DNA from: an uncultured Verrucomicrobiae bacterium | GTDB lineage: Bacteria; Verrucomicrobiota; Verrucomicrobiia; Chthoniobacterales; JAATET01 | Length of the DNA stretch: 64,000 bases | Assembly: GCA_963719495.1 (NCBI GenBank) | Contig: CAVRCI010000013.1 | Coordinates: 512,001-576,000 of the forward strand | Direction: 5' to 3' | In this document: positions 28,747 through 38,664 of the stretch, piece by piece | Position numbering within the stretch: the first letter of the stretch is position 1 | Layout: every line of letters starts with the position of its first letter | Made by a program: the position numbers and the translations under genes | Notes under the pieces: generated by a model | The model's input: the letters and a program-made list of their open reading frames with translations, nothing else | The model's database searches: none | What the model was told of the DNA's origin: nothing

Positions 28747-29619
28747 ATGGAGGGGGATTACAAGGTCAAGCTCGACGTGTTCGAGGGGCCGCTCGACCTG
28801 TTGCTCTACCTCATCAAGCGCGATGAGGTCGACATCTACGACATCTCGATCGAGCGCATCACGAAGCAATACCTCGAATACATCGAGGCCTTCCAGATGC
28901 TCGACATCGAGCTCGCCGGCGAGTTCATCGTCATGGCCGCCAACCTGCTCTACATCAAGAGCCGCACGCTCCTCCCCGTCGACCAGCAGATGGCCGAAGA
29001 GGACGCCGAAGAGGACGATCCCCGCTGGGAACTCATCCGCCAGCTCATCGAATACAAAAAGTTCAAGGAAGCCGCGAACCGCCTCCGCGACTTCGAGACC
29101 AAGCAGGAAAACCTCTACCCCCGCATCGCCGTCGAGCCCGACCTCCCGCCCGCGGAGGAAAACATCTTCGTCGAAGACGTCGGCATCTTCGACCTCATCC
29201 GCGCCTTCCAGAACATCCTCAAGCGCCGCGCCGCCAAGACCGAGGACCTCCGCGAAATCTTCGCCGAAAACTTCAGCGTCTCCGACAAGATCGAGCACCT
29301 CGTGAATCTCACACGCGCCGGAGTGTCGCTCCGGTTCGAGGAAATCTTCCCCGAAGCCGCCAGCCGCACCGAGATCGTCGTCACCTTCCTCGCCATGCTC
29401 GAGCTCATCCGCATGAAGCAGCTCCGCGTCCGCCAGGACGGCCAATTCGGCGAAATCTGGGTCGACCCCGCCCACCCCCCGGAGGGCACCACCCCACCGG
29501 AGGGCAGCCGGAGCGAAGCGGAGACAGTCGGGAAACTCTCCGACAACGCTCCCGCCGCGCCGTTACTTTCACCCGAAACGTCGACCTCCACGGAAACCGC
29601 CGACACCACCACTCAATGA
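28747..29619 (+). CDS. scpA: Segregation and condensation protein A
   Basis: FEGPLDLLLYLI, EFIVMAA, KSRTLLP, TFLAMLEL. Confidence 0.95.
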   Translation: MEGDYKVKLDVFEGPLDLLLYLIKRDEVDIYDISIERITKQYLEYIEAFQMLDIELAGEFIVMAANLLYIKSRTLLPVDQQMAEEDAEEDDPRWELIRQLIEYKKFKEAANRLRDFETKQENLYPRIAVEPDLPPAEENIFVEDVGIFDLIRAFQNILKRRAAKTEDLREIFAENFSVSDKIEHLVNLTRAGVSLRFEEIFPEAASRTEIVVTFLAMLELIRMKQLRVRQDGQFGEIWVDPAHPPEGTTPPEGSRSEAETVGKLSDNAPAAPLLSPETSTSTETADTTTQ

Positions 29620-30497
29620 GCCCTCCCGACCTCAAGCTCATCGTCGAATCCCTCGTCTTCGCGTCGGAAAAACCCATTTCCGCCCGCGAGATCGGTGCCG
29701 TCCTCCGCGGTGCCGCCGCCGCTTCTCCGGAGGACGAAACCCTCGCCGAAATCGCCAAGTCGAAGGAAAACGACATCATCAACGCCGTCGACCAGCTCAG
29801 CGCCGACTACCTCGAAGTCGAGCGCGCCTTCGAGATCCGCGAGACCGCGTCCGGTTGGCAACTCGTCTCCTCCGCCCGCTTCGCCCCCTGGCTCCGCCAG
29901 CTCTTCCCCGAGAGCAAGCCCGCCCGCCTCAGCGCCCCCGCCCTCGAAACGCTGGCAATCATCGCCTACCGCCAACCCGTCACCCGCGCCGACATCGAAG
30001 CCGTCCGCGGAGTCGCCGTCGACGGCGTCATGACCACCATCCTCGACCGCGGCCTCGTCCGCATCGCCGGTCGCAGCGAACTCCCCGGCCGCCCCCTCCT
30101 CTACGAGACCACCACCTTCTTCATGGAGCACTTCGGCCTCCGCAACCTCGACGACCTCCCCAACGCCGCCGAGCTCCGCCAGGCCGCCATCGCCGCCGCC
30201 ACCGAACCCGAACCAACCAAAACCCTCGAAGGCGAAGCCCCCACCGACCCATCGGACCCACCCTCCACCGAGCTGGTCCACCCCCCGGAAGCCGAGGCGT
30301 CAGCCGACCCAACCCCCAACTCGGAGGGTGAGGCTCCAGCCGAGCCGTCACCATCACCCGAACCGGCGGATCTTCAGGAAAACGCGATCCCGCCCGAAGA
30401 CTCGTCCGATCAACCAACCCCGCCCGCCGCCCCCCCAACCGAATCACCAGAACCCCCGCCCGAGCCAAGCGAAGCCCCGCCCGCCCCACCCCAATGA
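29616..30497 (+). CDS. scpB: Segregation and condensation protein B with Pro/Glu-rich tail
   Basis: ALETLAIIAYRQPVTRADIEAVRGV, GRPLLYETT, FGL..LDDLP. Confidence 0.95.
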   Translation: MSPPDLKLIVESLVFASEKPISAREIGAVLRGAAAASPEDETLAEIAKSKENDIINAVDQLSADYLEVERAFEIRETASGWQLVSSARFAPWLRQLFPESKPARLSAPALETLAIIAYRQPVTRADIEAVRGVAVDGVMTTILDRGLVRIAGRSELPGRPLLYETTTFFMEHFGLRNLDDLPNAAELRQAAIAAATEPEPTKTLEGEAPTDPSDPPSTELVHPPEAEASADPTPNSEGEAPAEPSPSPEPADLQENAIPPEDSSDQPTPPAAPPTESPEPPPEPSEAPPAPPQ

Positions 30498-31333
30498 GCG
30501 ACCTCACCGACATCCGCGACCAGATCGACGCCATCGACACCGAGCTCCTCCGGCTCCTCAACGAACGCGCCACCCTCGCCCTCGCCGTCGGCGAGATCAA
30601 AAACCGCGAAGGCCTGCCAATTTACGCCCCCGAGCGTGAAGTCACCCTCCTCCGCAATCTCGTCGAACGCAGCGTCGGCCCCCTCCCCCCCATCGCCATC
30701 CGCGCCATCTACCGCGAGATTATGTCCGCCTCCCTCGCGCTCGAGAAGGACGTCGTCATCGCCTGCGCCGGGATTGAAGGTGGCCCCACCCACCTCGCCG
30801 CCCGCGCAAAATTCGGCTCGAGCGTCGACTACGGATTCTTCGCCGACGTCGTGGACGCCTTCCTCGCCACCGCCCGCGGCGAAGCCGATTGCGTCGTCGC
30901 CGCCATCGAGGAATCCAACCACGGCGCCGTCAAACCCACCCTCGACGCCCTCACGCAAACCGAGCTCACCATCTGCGGCGAAATCCGCTCCACCCCCGAC
31001 GGCTCCGAGGATCACACGGAGAACGCCTCCCGCTACCTCGTCCTCGCCCGCACGGCCACCGCCATCACCGGCAACGACCGCACCACCCTCCTCCTTCGGG
31101 TCGAGGACCGCCCCGGCGCCCTCGTCGACGCCCTCGAACCCTTCCGCGACGCCTCCCTCAACCTCGCCCACTTCGCCAGCCGCCCCGCCTCCCGGGGCAG
31201 CAACGACGTCTTCTTCTTCGTCGAAGTCGACGGCCACGCCAGAGAAGAAGGCTTCGACGAAGTCCTCCGCGAACTCAGCCGCCAGTGCCGCGCGGTCAAG
31301 ATCCTGGGAAGCTACCCCAGACAATCGCTCTAG
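30494..31333 (+). CDS. pheA: Chorismate mutase fused to an internally shortened prephenate dehydratase-ACT module
   Basis: IRDQIDAID..LLNERA, YAPERE, AIEESNHGAV, ACT domain DRPGAL..SRP..FFVEV..ILGSYP; only 279 aa. Confidence 0.8.
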   Translation: MSDLTDIRDQIDAIDTELLRLLNERATLALAVGEIKNREGLPIYAPEREVTLLRNLVERSVGPLPPIAIRAIYREIMSASLALEKDVVIACAGIEGGPTHLAARAKFGSSVDYGFFADVVDAFLATARGEADCVVAAIEESNHGAVKPTLDALTQTELTICGEIRSTPDGSEDHTENASRYLVLARTATAITGNDRTTLLLRVEDRPGALVDALEPFRDASLNLAHFASRPASRGSNDVFFFVEVDGHAREEGFDEVLRELSRQCRAVKILGSYPRQSL

Positions 31334-31511
31334 CAAAAAAGGGAGCGCCAGCTCCCCGGGGAGCGCGGGCTTCCAGCCCGCAGTGCCGAGCTTCCAGCTC
31401 GGCACCTCGTAACCAAACGCGAAGCGTCACCCCCCCGCGAATCCACCCCGCCAGAAAACCCCCTTGCCGCCCCCCCGCCCCATTTGCCACGCTACAGCCC
31501 GAATGGAGGGA

Positions 31512-32942
31512 ATGTTCAGCAACTACGACGTCGGAGGCTTCTGCGACGAAATGTTCGATTCGGCCGGCAACGTCCGCCCGCACTACGAAAAACTCCTCGC
31601 CCGCTTCCAGGACATGAAGCCCGGCGAGTTCGACCGCAAGCGCGACCTCGCCGAGCATTCCTACCTCAGCCAGGGCATCACCTTCACCGTCTACAGCGGC
31701 GACGAAGGCACCGAGCGCATTTTCCCATTCGACCTCATCCCCCGCATTCTCGCCGCCAAGGAATGGGCGCACATCGAGGCCGGCATCGCCCAGCGTCTCC
31801 GCGCGCTCAACCTGTTCCTCGCCGACATCTACCACGGTCAGCGCATCCTGAAAGAAGGCATCATTCCCGAGGACATGATCCGGAGCGCGAAGCACTTCCG
31901 CCCCGAATTCATGGGCTTCGACGTCCCGAAGGACATCTACATTCACGTCTGCGGCACCGATCTCATCCGCGGAGCCGACGGCCAATACATGGTCCTCGAA
32001 GACAACGGCCGCTGCCCCTCCGGCGTTTCCTACGTCCTGGAAAACCGCCAGGCAATGAAGCGCGTTTTCCCACGCCTCTTCAATCAATGCGGCGTCCGCC
32101 CCGTTGACCGCTATCCGCAGGAACTCCTCTCCGTCCTCCGGCACGTGGCCCCCGGCGAAAACCCCGACCCGACCTGCGTCGTCCTCTCCCCCGGCATTTT
32201 CAATTCCGCCTACTTCGAGCATTCCTTCCTCGCCCGCGAAATGGGTATCGAGATCGTCACCGGCGCCGACCTCGTCGTGCAAAATTCCCGCGTCTACATG
32301 AAGACGACCAAGGGACTCAAGCAGGTCGACTCCATTTACCGCCGCATCGACGACGACTTCCTCGACCCCGAAGTCTTCCGAAAAGATTCCTGCCTCGGTG
32401 TCCCAGGTCTCGTCGAAGCCTACCGCTCCGGCAACGTCAGCCTCGCCAACACGATCGGCACCGGCGTCGCCGACGACAAGGCCGTCTACTACTACGTGCC
32501 GAAGATGATCGAATTCTACCTCAGCGAAGAGCCGATCCTCCCCAACGTCGAAACCTACCTCTCCGCCGAGGATGACGATCGCAAGTTCATCCTGGAAAAC
32601 ATGGAGAATCTCGTCATCAAAGCCGCCAACGAATCCGGCGGCTACGGCATGCTCATCGGCCCGCACGCCACGAAGGAAGAGGTCGCCAAATTCCGCGACC
32701 TCGTCCGCAACGACCCCCGAGGCTACATCGGCCAACCCGTCATCCAGCTCTCCCGCTCCCCCTCCCACTGCGACGGCGCCATCGAAGGCCGCCACGTCGA
32801 CTTCCGACCCTACGCGCTCTACGGCGAGGACATCAAAATCATCCCCGGCGGCCTCACCCGAGTCGCCATGAAAAAAGGCAGCCTCGTCGTGAACTCCTCC
32901 CAAGGCGGCGGCAGCAAGGACACCTGGGTTCTCGACCAATGA
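31512..32942 (+). CDS. Circularly permuted type 2 ATP-grasp protein
   Basis: [68 protein letters not shown] precedes ATG 31512. Confidence 0.93.
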   Translation: MFSNYDVGGFCDEMFDSAGNVRPHYEKLLARFQDMKPGEFDRKRDLAEHSYLSQGITFTVYSGDEGTERIFPFDLIPRILAAKEWAHIEAGIAQRLRALNLFLADIYHGQRILKEGIIPEDMIRSAKHFRPEFMGFDVPKDIYIHVCGTDLIRGADGQYMVLEDNGRCPSGVSYVLENRQAMKRVFPRLFNQCGVRPVDRYPQELLSVLRHVAPGENPDPTCVVLSPGIFNSAYFEHSFLAREMGIEIVTGADLVVQNSRVYMKTTKGLKQVDSIYRRIDDDFLDPEVFRKDSCLGVPGLVEAYRSGNVSLANTIGTGVADDKAVYYYVPKMIEFYLSEEPILPNVETYLSAEDDDRKFILENMENLVIKAANESGGYGMLIGPHATKEEVAKFRDLVRNDPRGYIGQPVIQLSRSPSHCDGAIEGRHVDFRPYALYGEDIKIIPGGLTRVAMKKGSLVVNSSQGGGSKDTWVLDQ

Positions 32943-33035
32943 TTGGATTTCAGACGGCGGAATGCGGATGGCGGATCGCAAGAAACGCGGCGATTCCCCC
33001 TCGAAATCCGAAATCCGAAATCCGAAATTCCTACC

Positions 33036-34040
33036 ATGTTAAGCCGCGTCGCCGAATCCTGCTACTGGCTCAGCCGCTACATCGAGCGCGCCGAGAACAA
33101 CGCCCGTCTCCTCACGGTCAACATGGAGCTCATGCTCGACCTCGAGGCCTCGGACACCACCTCCGTCCAGCGTCACTGGGAGCCCATCCTCGCGACCCTC
33201 GAGGACAAGGAACTCTTCACCAAGCTCTCCGGCCAGATCACCGCCGACGACGTGATGGACTTCGTCACGTTCGAGAAGAAGAACCCGAACTCCATCATCT
33301 CCTGCATCAGCTCCGCCCGGGAAAATGCCCGCACCGTCCGCGAGCAGATCTCCTCCGAAATGTGGGAGCAGGTCAACAAACTCTACCTCTACCTCCGAAG
33401 CGACGAGGCCCGCGCCGATTTCGAAAACACCCCCCACGATTTCTTCAACAGCATCACGGAAGGTTCCCACCTCTTCCAAGGCATCACCGACGCCACGATG
33501 ACCCACGGTCAGGGCTGGGATTTCCTCCAGGTTGGCAAATTCCTCGAGCGCGCCGACAGCACGTCCCGCGTCCTCGACGTCAAATACCACATCCTCCTCC
33601 CCATGGGCGAACGCGTCGGCGGCAACGTCGACCTCACCCAGTGGATGGCCGTCCTCCGCTCCTGCAGCGCCTTCGAAGCCTACCTCAAAATTCACGTCGG
33701 CAACGTCTCCGCCGCCAAAGTGGCGGAATTTCTCACGCTCAATCCCGCCTTCCCCCGCTCGATCCGCTACTGCATCGGCCACCTCGACCGAGCCATCCAC
33801 CGCATCGGCGGCAGCGGCATCTTTGGGTTCCTCAACGAAGCCGAGCGCCTCTCCGGCATCCTCGCGGCCAGCATGAACTTCAGCACCATCGAGATGGTCT
33901 TCAACGGCGGCCTCCACGAATACCTCGACGGCATTCAGAAGAACCTGGTCGAGATCTCCGACGCCCTCAGTAACGTCTACTGCGAATGGCTCGACGAGCC
34001 CGCCGAAAACACCCAAACCCAGTCCCAAAGCCAGACGTAG
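33036..34040 (+). CDS. Alpha-E domain protein (DUF403)
   Basis: MLSRVAESCYWLSRYIERAEN, ARENARTVREQIS, LERAD, FPRS. Confidence 0.93.
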   Translation: MLSRVAESCYWLSRYIERAENNARLLTVNMELMLDLEASDTTSVQRHWEPILATLEDKELFTKLSGQITADDVMDFVTFEKKNPNSIISCISSARENARTVREQISSEMWEQVNKLYLYLRSDEARADFENTPHDFFNSITEGSHLFQGITDATMTHGQGWDFLQVGKFLERADSTSRVLDVKYHILLPMGERVGGNVDLTQWMAVLRSCSAFEAYLKIHVGNVSAAKVAEFLTLNPAFPRSIRYCIGHLDRAIHRIGGSGIFGFLNEAERLSGILAASMNFSTIEMVFNGGLHEYLDGIQKNLVEISDALSNVYCEWLDEPAENTQTQSQSQT

Positions 34041-34124
34041 CGGGAGCGCACGCGTCCCCGCGTGCGGGATTCGGCGTCCCGCCGAATCCGCCCCAGAGAC
34101 CCGGCGAAGCCGCACTTCCCCCCC

Positions 34125-34775
34125 ATGCGCCTCTCCCGCACGCCTGCCGCGATCCTGCTCACCGCGTTTTTCGCCACCGCCACCACCCGGGCCCAACCCT
34201 GGGAGACCATCCCCAACTGCCGCCTCGTCGAGAGCAACTATAACGACGGCGACAGCTTCCACGTCCGCGCCGCCGGGAAAGAGCGCATCTTCCGCCTCTA
34301 CTTCGTCGACACCGCCGAGACGTCCAACGACTTCAAGCGCCGCACCAGCGACCAGGCCAAAGACTTCGACGTCCGAAAAAAACGCCTCCTCGAACTCGGC
34401 AGGGAAGCCACCGCCTTCAGCGCCGCCAAGCTCACCGGCAATTTCACCGTCCGAACCAAGTGGGAGGACGCCGAGGGCCAAAGCCAACTCCCCCGTCACT
34501 TCGCCGTCATCGAAACCCCCGAGGGCGACCTCGCCGAGCTCCTCGTCGCCGCCGGCCTCGCCCGCATCCACGGCCACCACATCGCGCACCCCCGCGGCAT
34601 CTCCGCCGACAGCTACCAGCACGTCCTGGAAAATCTCGAAGCCAAAGCCAAAGCCGCCAACCTCGGAGCCTGGACCGAATCCGCCACCCCGACAGCCCCC
34701 ACCCGCGCCAAGGCCAAAGAACCAGCCCGCGAAAGTCCACCGACCACAACCCTGAAGGACATCCCCGCTTTCTAA
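34125..34775 (+). CDS. Thermonuclease (SNase-like) exported protein
   Basis: Signal peptide, NDGDSF, RLYFVDTAE, LVAAGLAR, AKAANLGAW. Confidence 0.8.
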   Translation: MRLSRTPAAILLTAFFATATTRAQPWETIPNCRLVESNYNDGDSFHVRAAGKERIFRLYFVDTAETSNDFKRRTSDQAKDFDVRKKRLLELGREATAFSAAKLTGNFTVRTKWEDAEGQSQLPRHFAVIETPEGDLAELLVAAGLARIHGHHIAHPRGISADSYQHVLENLEAKAKAANLGAWTESATPTAPTRAKAKEPARESPPTTTLKDIPAF

Positions 34776-35387
34776 GACCCAACGCGGTAAATAATCAGAC
34801 TCACGCGACACCGCGGAGGCGCGAGGAATACGATGGCCGCGAGACCTCTTCGCGGCTTCGCGGCTTCGCGTGAGAATCCAGATATTTTGTGGAATTGGTA
34901 TAAGAGGCCGCCTCAAGGAGCGGCGATTTGCAATCGCCGAACCAACCCAAGCGCGAAGCGCCATCCTCGAGGTGTCGAAGGTCGGAAGGTGAGAAAGTCG
35001 GATCAGGACCGCTCGTGCGATTGATCGAACCGAGCCCAGCTCAAGGAGCGGCGGGTTGCCTCCGTCGGTCTCCGATTCGCTCCGGCTCCAGCCGCCGACC
35101 CGGCAATGCGCCACCGAGCCGATTGCATATTGTGACTCGCTCGCTCCCGCTCGTCTCGCCCTTCGGGCTGCCTCGCAGAGCCGGTGCAGTCTGCTCCGAG
35201 CCTCCCGCAACCCACGTCCACGTCGCCGCACCCTCACCGGATCGATCTCAACCATCCTCTCGTCCTTGCCCGCTACGAGAACTACCCAACAAGCGAACCT
35301 GAACCCATCTGGCATTCCCGGTAGCGGACCGCGATCCAGACCGAACACGCAAAGAAATTGCGACGGCATGAGATCTAGCGTCACCAA

Positions 35388-36227
35388 TCAGGCCACTCGC
35401 GCGAACTCCAGCACCTCAGCTTCGGCCCGAAACGGGAGAACCTTGGTCTCCATCCGCACCAGTTCACGTTCGATTTCGCGGGCCGCATCGATTCGCGTTT
35501 TGGAAGTGCCTTCGGGCGACCGAACCGCGAACAAAAATTGCTCCGGCAAGCAATCGATCTCACGAAGACGCCGAACCCGGTTGATCCAATGATCACCGTG
35601 CTCGTAGATCTTGGTCGAGGTTTCTTTGTTGAGATCCAGCGGTTTGATTGCCTTGACCGCGACGTTGCCCCGCCGATGCACGAACGGAACGTTCACGGAA
35701 TACTTCTCGTTGCCGATCGCCTCGCTGCGGAAAAACATCGCCGCACCCGTGCGAAAGAACGCTTTTCGAAGATGATTCGTCATGCGCGTCTCCTGATATT
35801 CCCGCTCCCGCGCGAATTGCCGGTCCACGTAGAAAGCAAAAAGTTCCTCGAGCTTCGCCCGCGGATCCACGGCCATCACCGTCCGGACCGCACCGAATCG
35901 AAACAACGACTCCCGCGCCCGGACCACTTCCCGGAAGACCGCCGGACCCTCCGCCGGCACCTCGCCGATCCGCAGTTGCAGAGGATGTCCCGAATCAGCC
36001 ATCGCCTTCGCGTCGTCGAGATCGACTCGGAAAAGCTGCGCCGCGTTGCGATAGAGCTCCCGGTCCAACTCGGGAAAAAAATCCGTCACCCGGCTCCACT
36101 TCCGCCCCAATCGAAAATCGAAAAACCCGGTTTCCGCGCAATGAAGCACCACCCCCACGTTTACGAACTCCTCCGTCTCCACGTAGGGAAGGAAGCGGGC
36201 CACGGCGTAATTGCAGGCAAGTTTCAT
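35388..36227 (-). CDS. DUF3037 domain protein
   Basis: YAVARFLPYVETEEFVNVGVVL; ATGA overlap with the upstream kinase. Confidence 0.85.
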   Translation of the reverse strand: MKLACNYAVARFLPYVETEEFVNVGVVLHCAETGFFDFRLGRKWSRVTDFFPELDRELYRNAAQLFRVDLDDAKAMADSGHPLQLRIGEVPAEGPAVFREVVRARESLFRFGAVRTVMAVDPRAKLEELFAFYVDRQFAREREYQETRMTNHLRKAFFRTGAAMFFRSEAIGNEKYSVNVPFVHRRGNVAVKAIKPLDLNKETSTKIYEHGDHWINRVRRLREIDCLPEQFLFAVRSPEGTSKTRIDAAREIERELVRMETKVLPFRAEAEVLEFARVA

Positions 36228-36964
36228 AGCTCGAGGTCCCAGAATCCGGGTGACCGAAAACGATCCAACGTCCGCCGCAACCCGTCGATGTCAAAATACT
36301 CGTCGTCCCGGGACTCGCCGTCCGTCCACGCTTCCGGAATCTCCGCGACGATCGCGGCGAACTCCCCCATCGCGACCGTCAACCGATCCGTCTCCCGCCG
36401 ACGGAAAGTGGAGTCCGAAAACTCGAACAACCGCTCGCGAAACGCGTGGGAATCCTGAAACCGCCTGCCATCAAACTCATCGTCGAAAGCGAGATTGTGG
36501 TCGAAGACCACGAGTTCACTACCAGCCATGTCCCATGCCAGATTCGGATTTCCACCGCGATCCGTCAGCGTTCGATCCTCGTTTCGAATCCACCAATCGA
36601 ACAGTAGCACCCTTGCCTGCAACTCCGGAGTGACCCGCACCGCCGTCGACGGCCCCAACTCCTGCGCAAATTCGACCCGCATCGACCCAAACGCCGGACC
36701 CGGCCCCAACTCCCAAATTCCTTCCAGATCGCTCCCGTTGACCAGCGAGGCGGACACTTCCACGATCGAAAACGCGGGAATTGGCAGACCGAGAATCGTC
36801 CCAAGCCGCGCCCCCACGTATTCCGCGACCAGATCCCGGCCCCCAGCCCCCCGGCCCTTCACGAAGTAGATTTCCCCATCGCTACCCCGGCAAAGAAACG
36901 GGCGGAGCACCCCTTGATCCGAGCGCCGAAAGACTTCCTCGATGACCACCCGGGATGACGTCAT
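36224..36964 (-). CDS. HipA-like (HipA_2-type) kinase
   Basis: YFVKG, AEYVGARLG..LGLPIP, FDWWIRNEDRT, NPNL, FDHNLAF. Confidence 0.87.
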   Translation of the reverse strand: MTSSRVVIEEVFRRSDQGVLRPFLCRGSDGEIYFVKGRGAGGRDLVAEYVGARLGTILGLPIPAFSIVEVSASLVNGSDLEGIWELGPGPAFGSMRVEFAQELGPSTAVRVTPELQARVLLFDWWIRNEDRTLTDRGGNPNLAWDMAGSELVVFDHNLAFDDEFDGRRFQDSHAFRERLFEFSDSTFRRRETDRLTVAMGEFAAIVAEIPEAWTDGESRDDEYFDIDGLRRTLDRFRSPGFWDLEL

Positions 36965-38574
36965 GGTCGGGTGGCACCTCCAACCTCGGTTACGGTGTCC
37001 AACAGACTCGATAGCAATCCGCCGCCCCGGGGACTCGCGAGATAACGAAGCACAAAATCCGAATAGTCGCGCAGTCCGAGAATCCGGCCCGCAGCCGACG
37101 GCAAGCCCTTGTTTGGATAAACGCGTAACGCTTCCGTGTAGTCACCTTCATCGACAATTTTTCGAATCGTCCGATCCCAACGTGCGACGGATTCGACGAC
37201 ATCGATTCGAGCGAGGTGATCCGCGAGCGACTGCTTCAACGCGCCCGGGTTGCGATGTTTCCACGGCCATTCGCGGAGCACCCGATCGAGATCGCGGCCA
37301 GCCAGTTCCGTCGCGAGGCGCTCGATGTCTTCGCTCAGTTTTTCGAAAACGACCCGTTTGACGCTTTCGACGTCTTCTTCGGGTTCTCGCTCGAGATGTT
37401 GGCTGACAAGTCGGACGATCGATTCGCTGATCAGTAAATTTTCGATTTCCGAGGCTGAAAGCACTTTGACGCCGATCTTTGCTAATCCTTCGACTTCGGC
37501 CTCACTTCGACCGTCCAAATCGATCAACCCAGTCGCTTCGATGTGCAGCCGACCACCCGACCGCAGATCCGAGCAGGTCGCCGTGGCGTGGATGACCGCG
37601 GTGCAGCCACCCATGGGAACAACGTGTTTCGCAGGGAACAGCAATCGATAAAGACGTTCGTCCGTCCCGCCCGCCTGCCCTTCCACGAAAAGAACGGGCT
37701 TTCGACTCCCCAAGACCTCCAAGAGCAGCGCTTCGGGTAACGCGGTCTCATCGGGCACGAAGTCCCACTCCCACCCGTTCCCGCCGGAGAACTCCCTGAG
37801 CCAAATTCTGCTTCCTCCCGCCCGCGAGGCGGCAAAATCCAGGTCGTGGGTCAGGTAAACGAAAAGGCAATCACGCCGTTCCAGTTCGACCGCGTCCCAC
37901 AGGCGCGCTTGGATCGCCCGGTGAAGGTGTAATTCCGGCTCGTCGAGAATGATCGTCGCCCCCGTGGGCGCGCAGAGGCACTGACCAATCAGGTAAAAAA
38001 TGACGCGCTCCCCGTCGCTCATTTCACTCGCGTTGTAAGCCGCTCCGCGCTCTCTCTGCCGAGCTTCGACCTTGTTTCCCCCGATCACCAGCTCCCGATT
38101 CGGCAGGATCTCAGCCCAGATCCGCTGAATGATATCGAGCTTGCGAACCGGTGGTGGCTCGTAGCTGCCAGAAAGTTTCATCCTCTGGAAATATTCCTCG
38201 CTGGCTTGGGCCCCCTCGGAGAACAAAAGCGTCACCAAATTTTCGTAGTCGTTCAGAATTTTGTCGTGGCGGGCCGGGTCCCAGCGGACAAAAAATTTTG
38301 AATCGACCGCGGAATCTTTGTGACCAAACAGCAGCGCCTTCGTAGCGCTATCAATTCCGGTCACCGCAAAATCATCCGGGAACTGCAACAGCCGTTGAGC
38401 CGCAACCCGATGGGTCTTCACCGGATTTTGCTGCTCGAGCCATTCGGCGAGGCGCGATTTCCCTGCTCCATTCGCTCCCACCACGACCACCGGTCCCGCC
38501 GTCGTGAAGGTATTCCCCGGCGACGGATGAGCCGCGCAGGAAGGAAACTCGATCTGAAACTCGCTGACCCTCAA
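36961..38574 (-). CDS. ABC-type ATPase fused to a TOPRIM/DUF4435-like domain (OLD/fused-PARIS-like); start uncertain
   Basis: Walker A GANGAGKS, signature MSDGER, Walker B ILDEPE, H-loop LTHD; then FVEG..D, VVPMGGC, IDLD, EIENLL. Confidence 0.8.
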   Translation of the reverse strand: MRVSEFQIEFPSCAAHPSPGNTFTTAGPVVVVGANGAGKSRLAEWLEQQNPVKTHRVAAQRLLQFPDDFAVTGIDSATKALLFGHKDSAVDSKFFVRWDPARHDKILNDYENLVTLLFSEGAQASEEYFQRMKLSGSYEPPPVRKLDIIQRIWAEILPNRELVIGGNKVEARQRERGAAYNASEMSDGERVIFYLIGQCLCAPTGATIILDEPELHLHRAIQARLWDAVELERRDCLFVYLTHDLDFAASRAGGSRIWLREFSGGNGWEWDFVPDETALPEALLLEVLGSRKPVLFVEGQAGGTDERLYRLLFPAKHVVPMGGCTAVIHATATCSDLRSGGRLHIEATGLIDLDGRSEAEVEGLAKIGVKVLSASEIENLLISESIVRLVSQHLEREPEEDVESVKRVVFEKLSEDIERLATELAGRDLDRVLREWPWKHRNPGALKQSLADHLARIDVVESVARWDRTIRKIVDEGDYTEALRVYPNKGLPSAAGRILGLRDYSDFVLRYLASPRGGGLLSSLLDTVTEVGGATRP

Positions 38575-38664
38575 AACCAGAACATTAGCGAACAGGTGTA
38601 ATCCGAGGAAAATCAATCCGCAACGCGCAAGGGCAACCGCATTCCGGCTCGATTGGGGCCGCAC

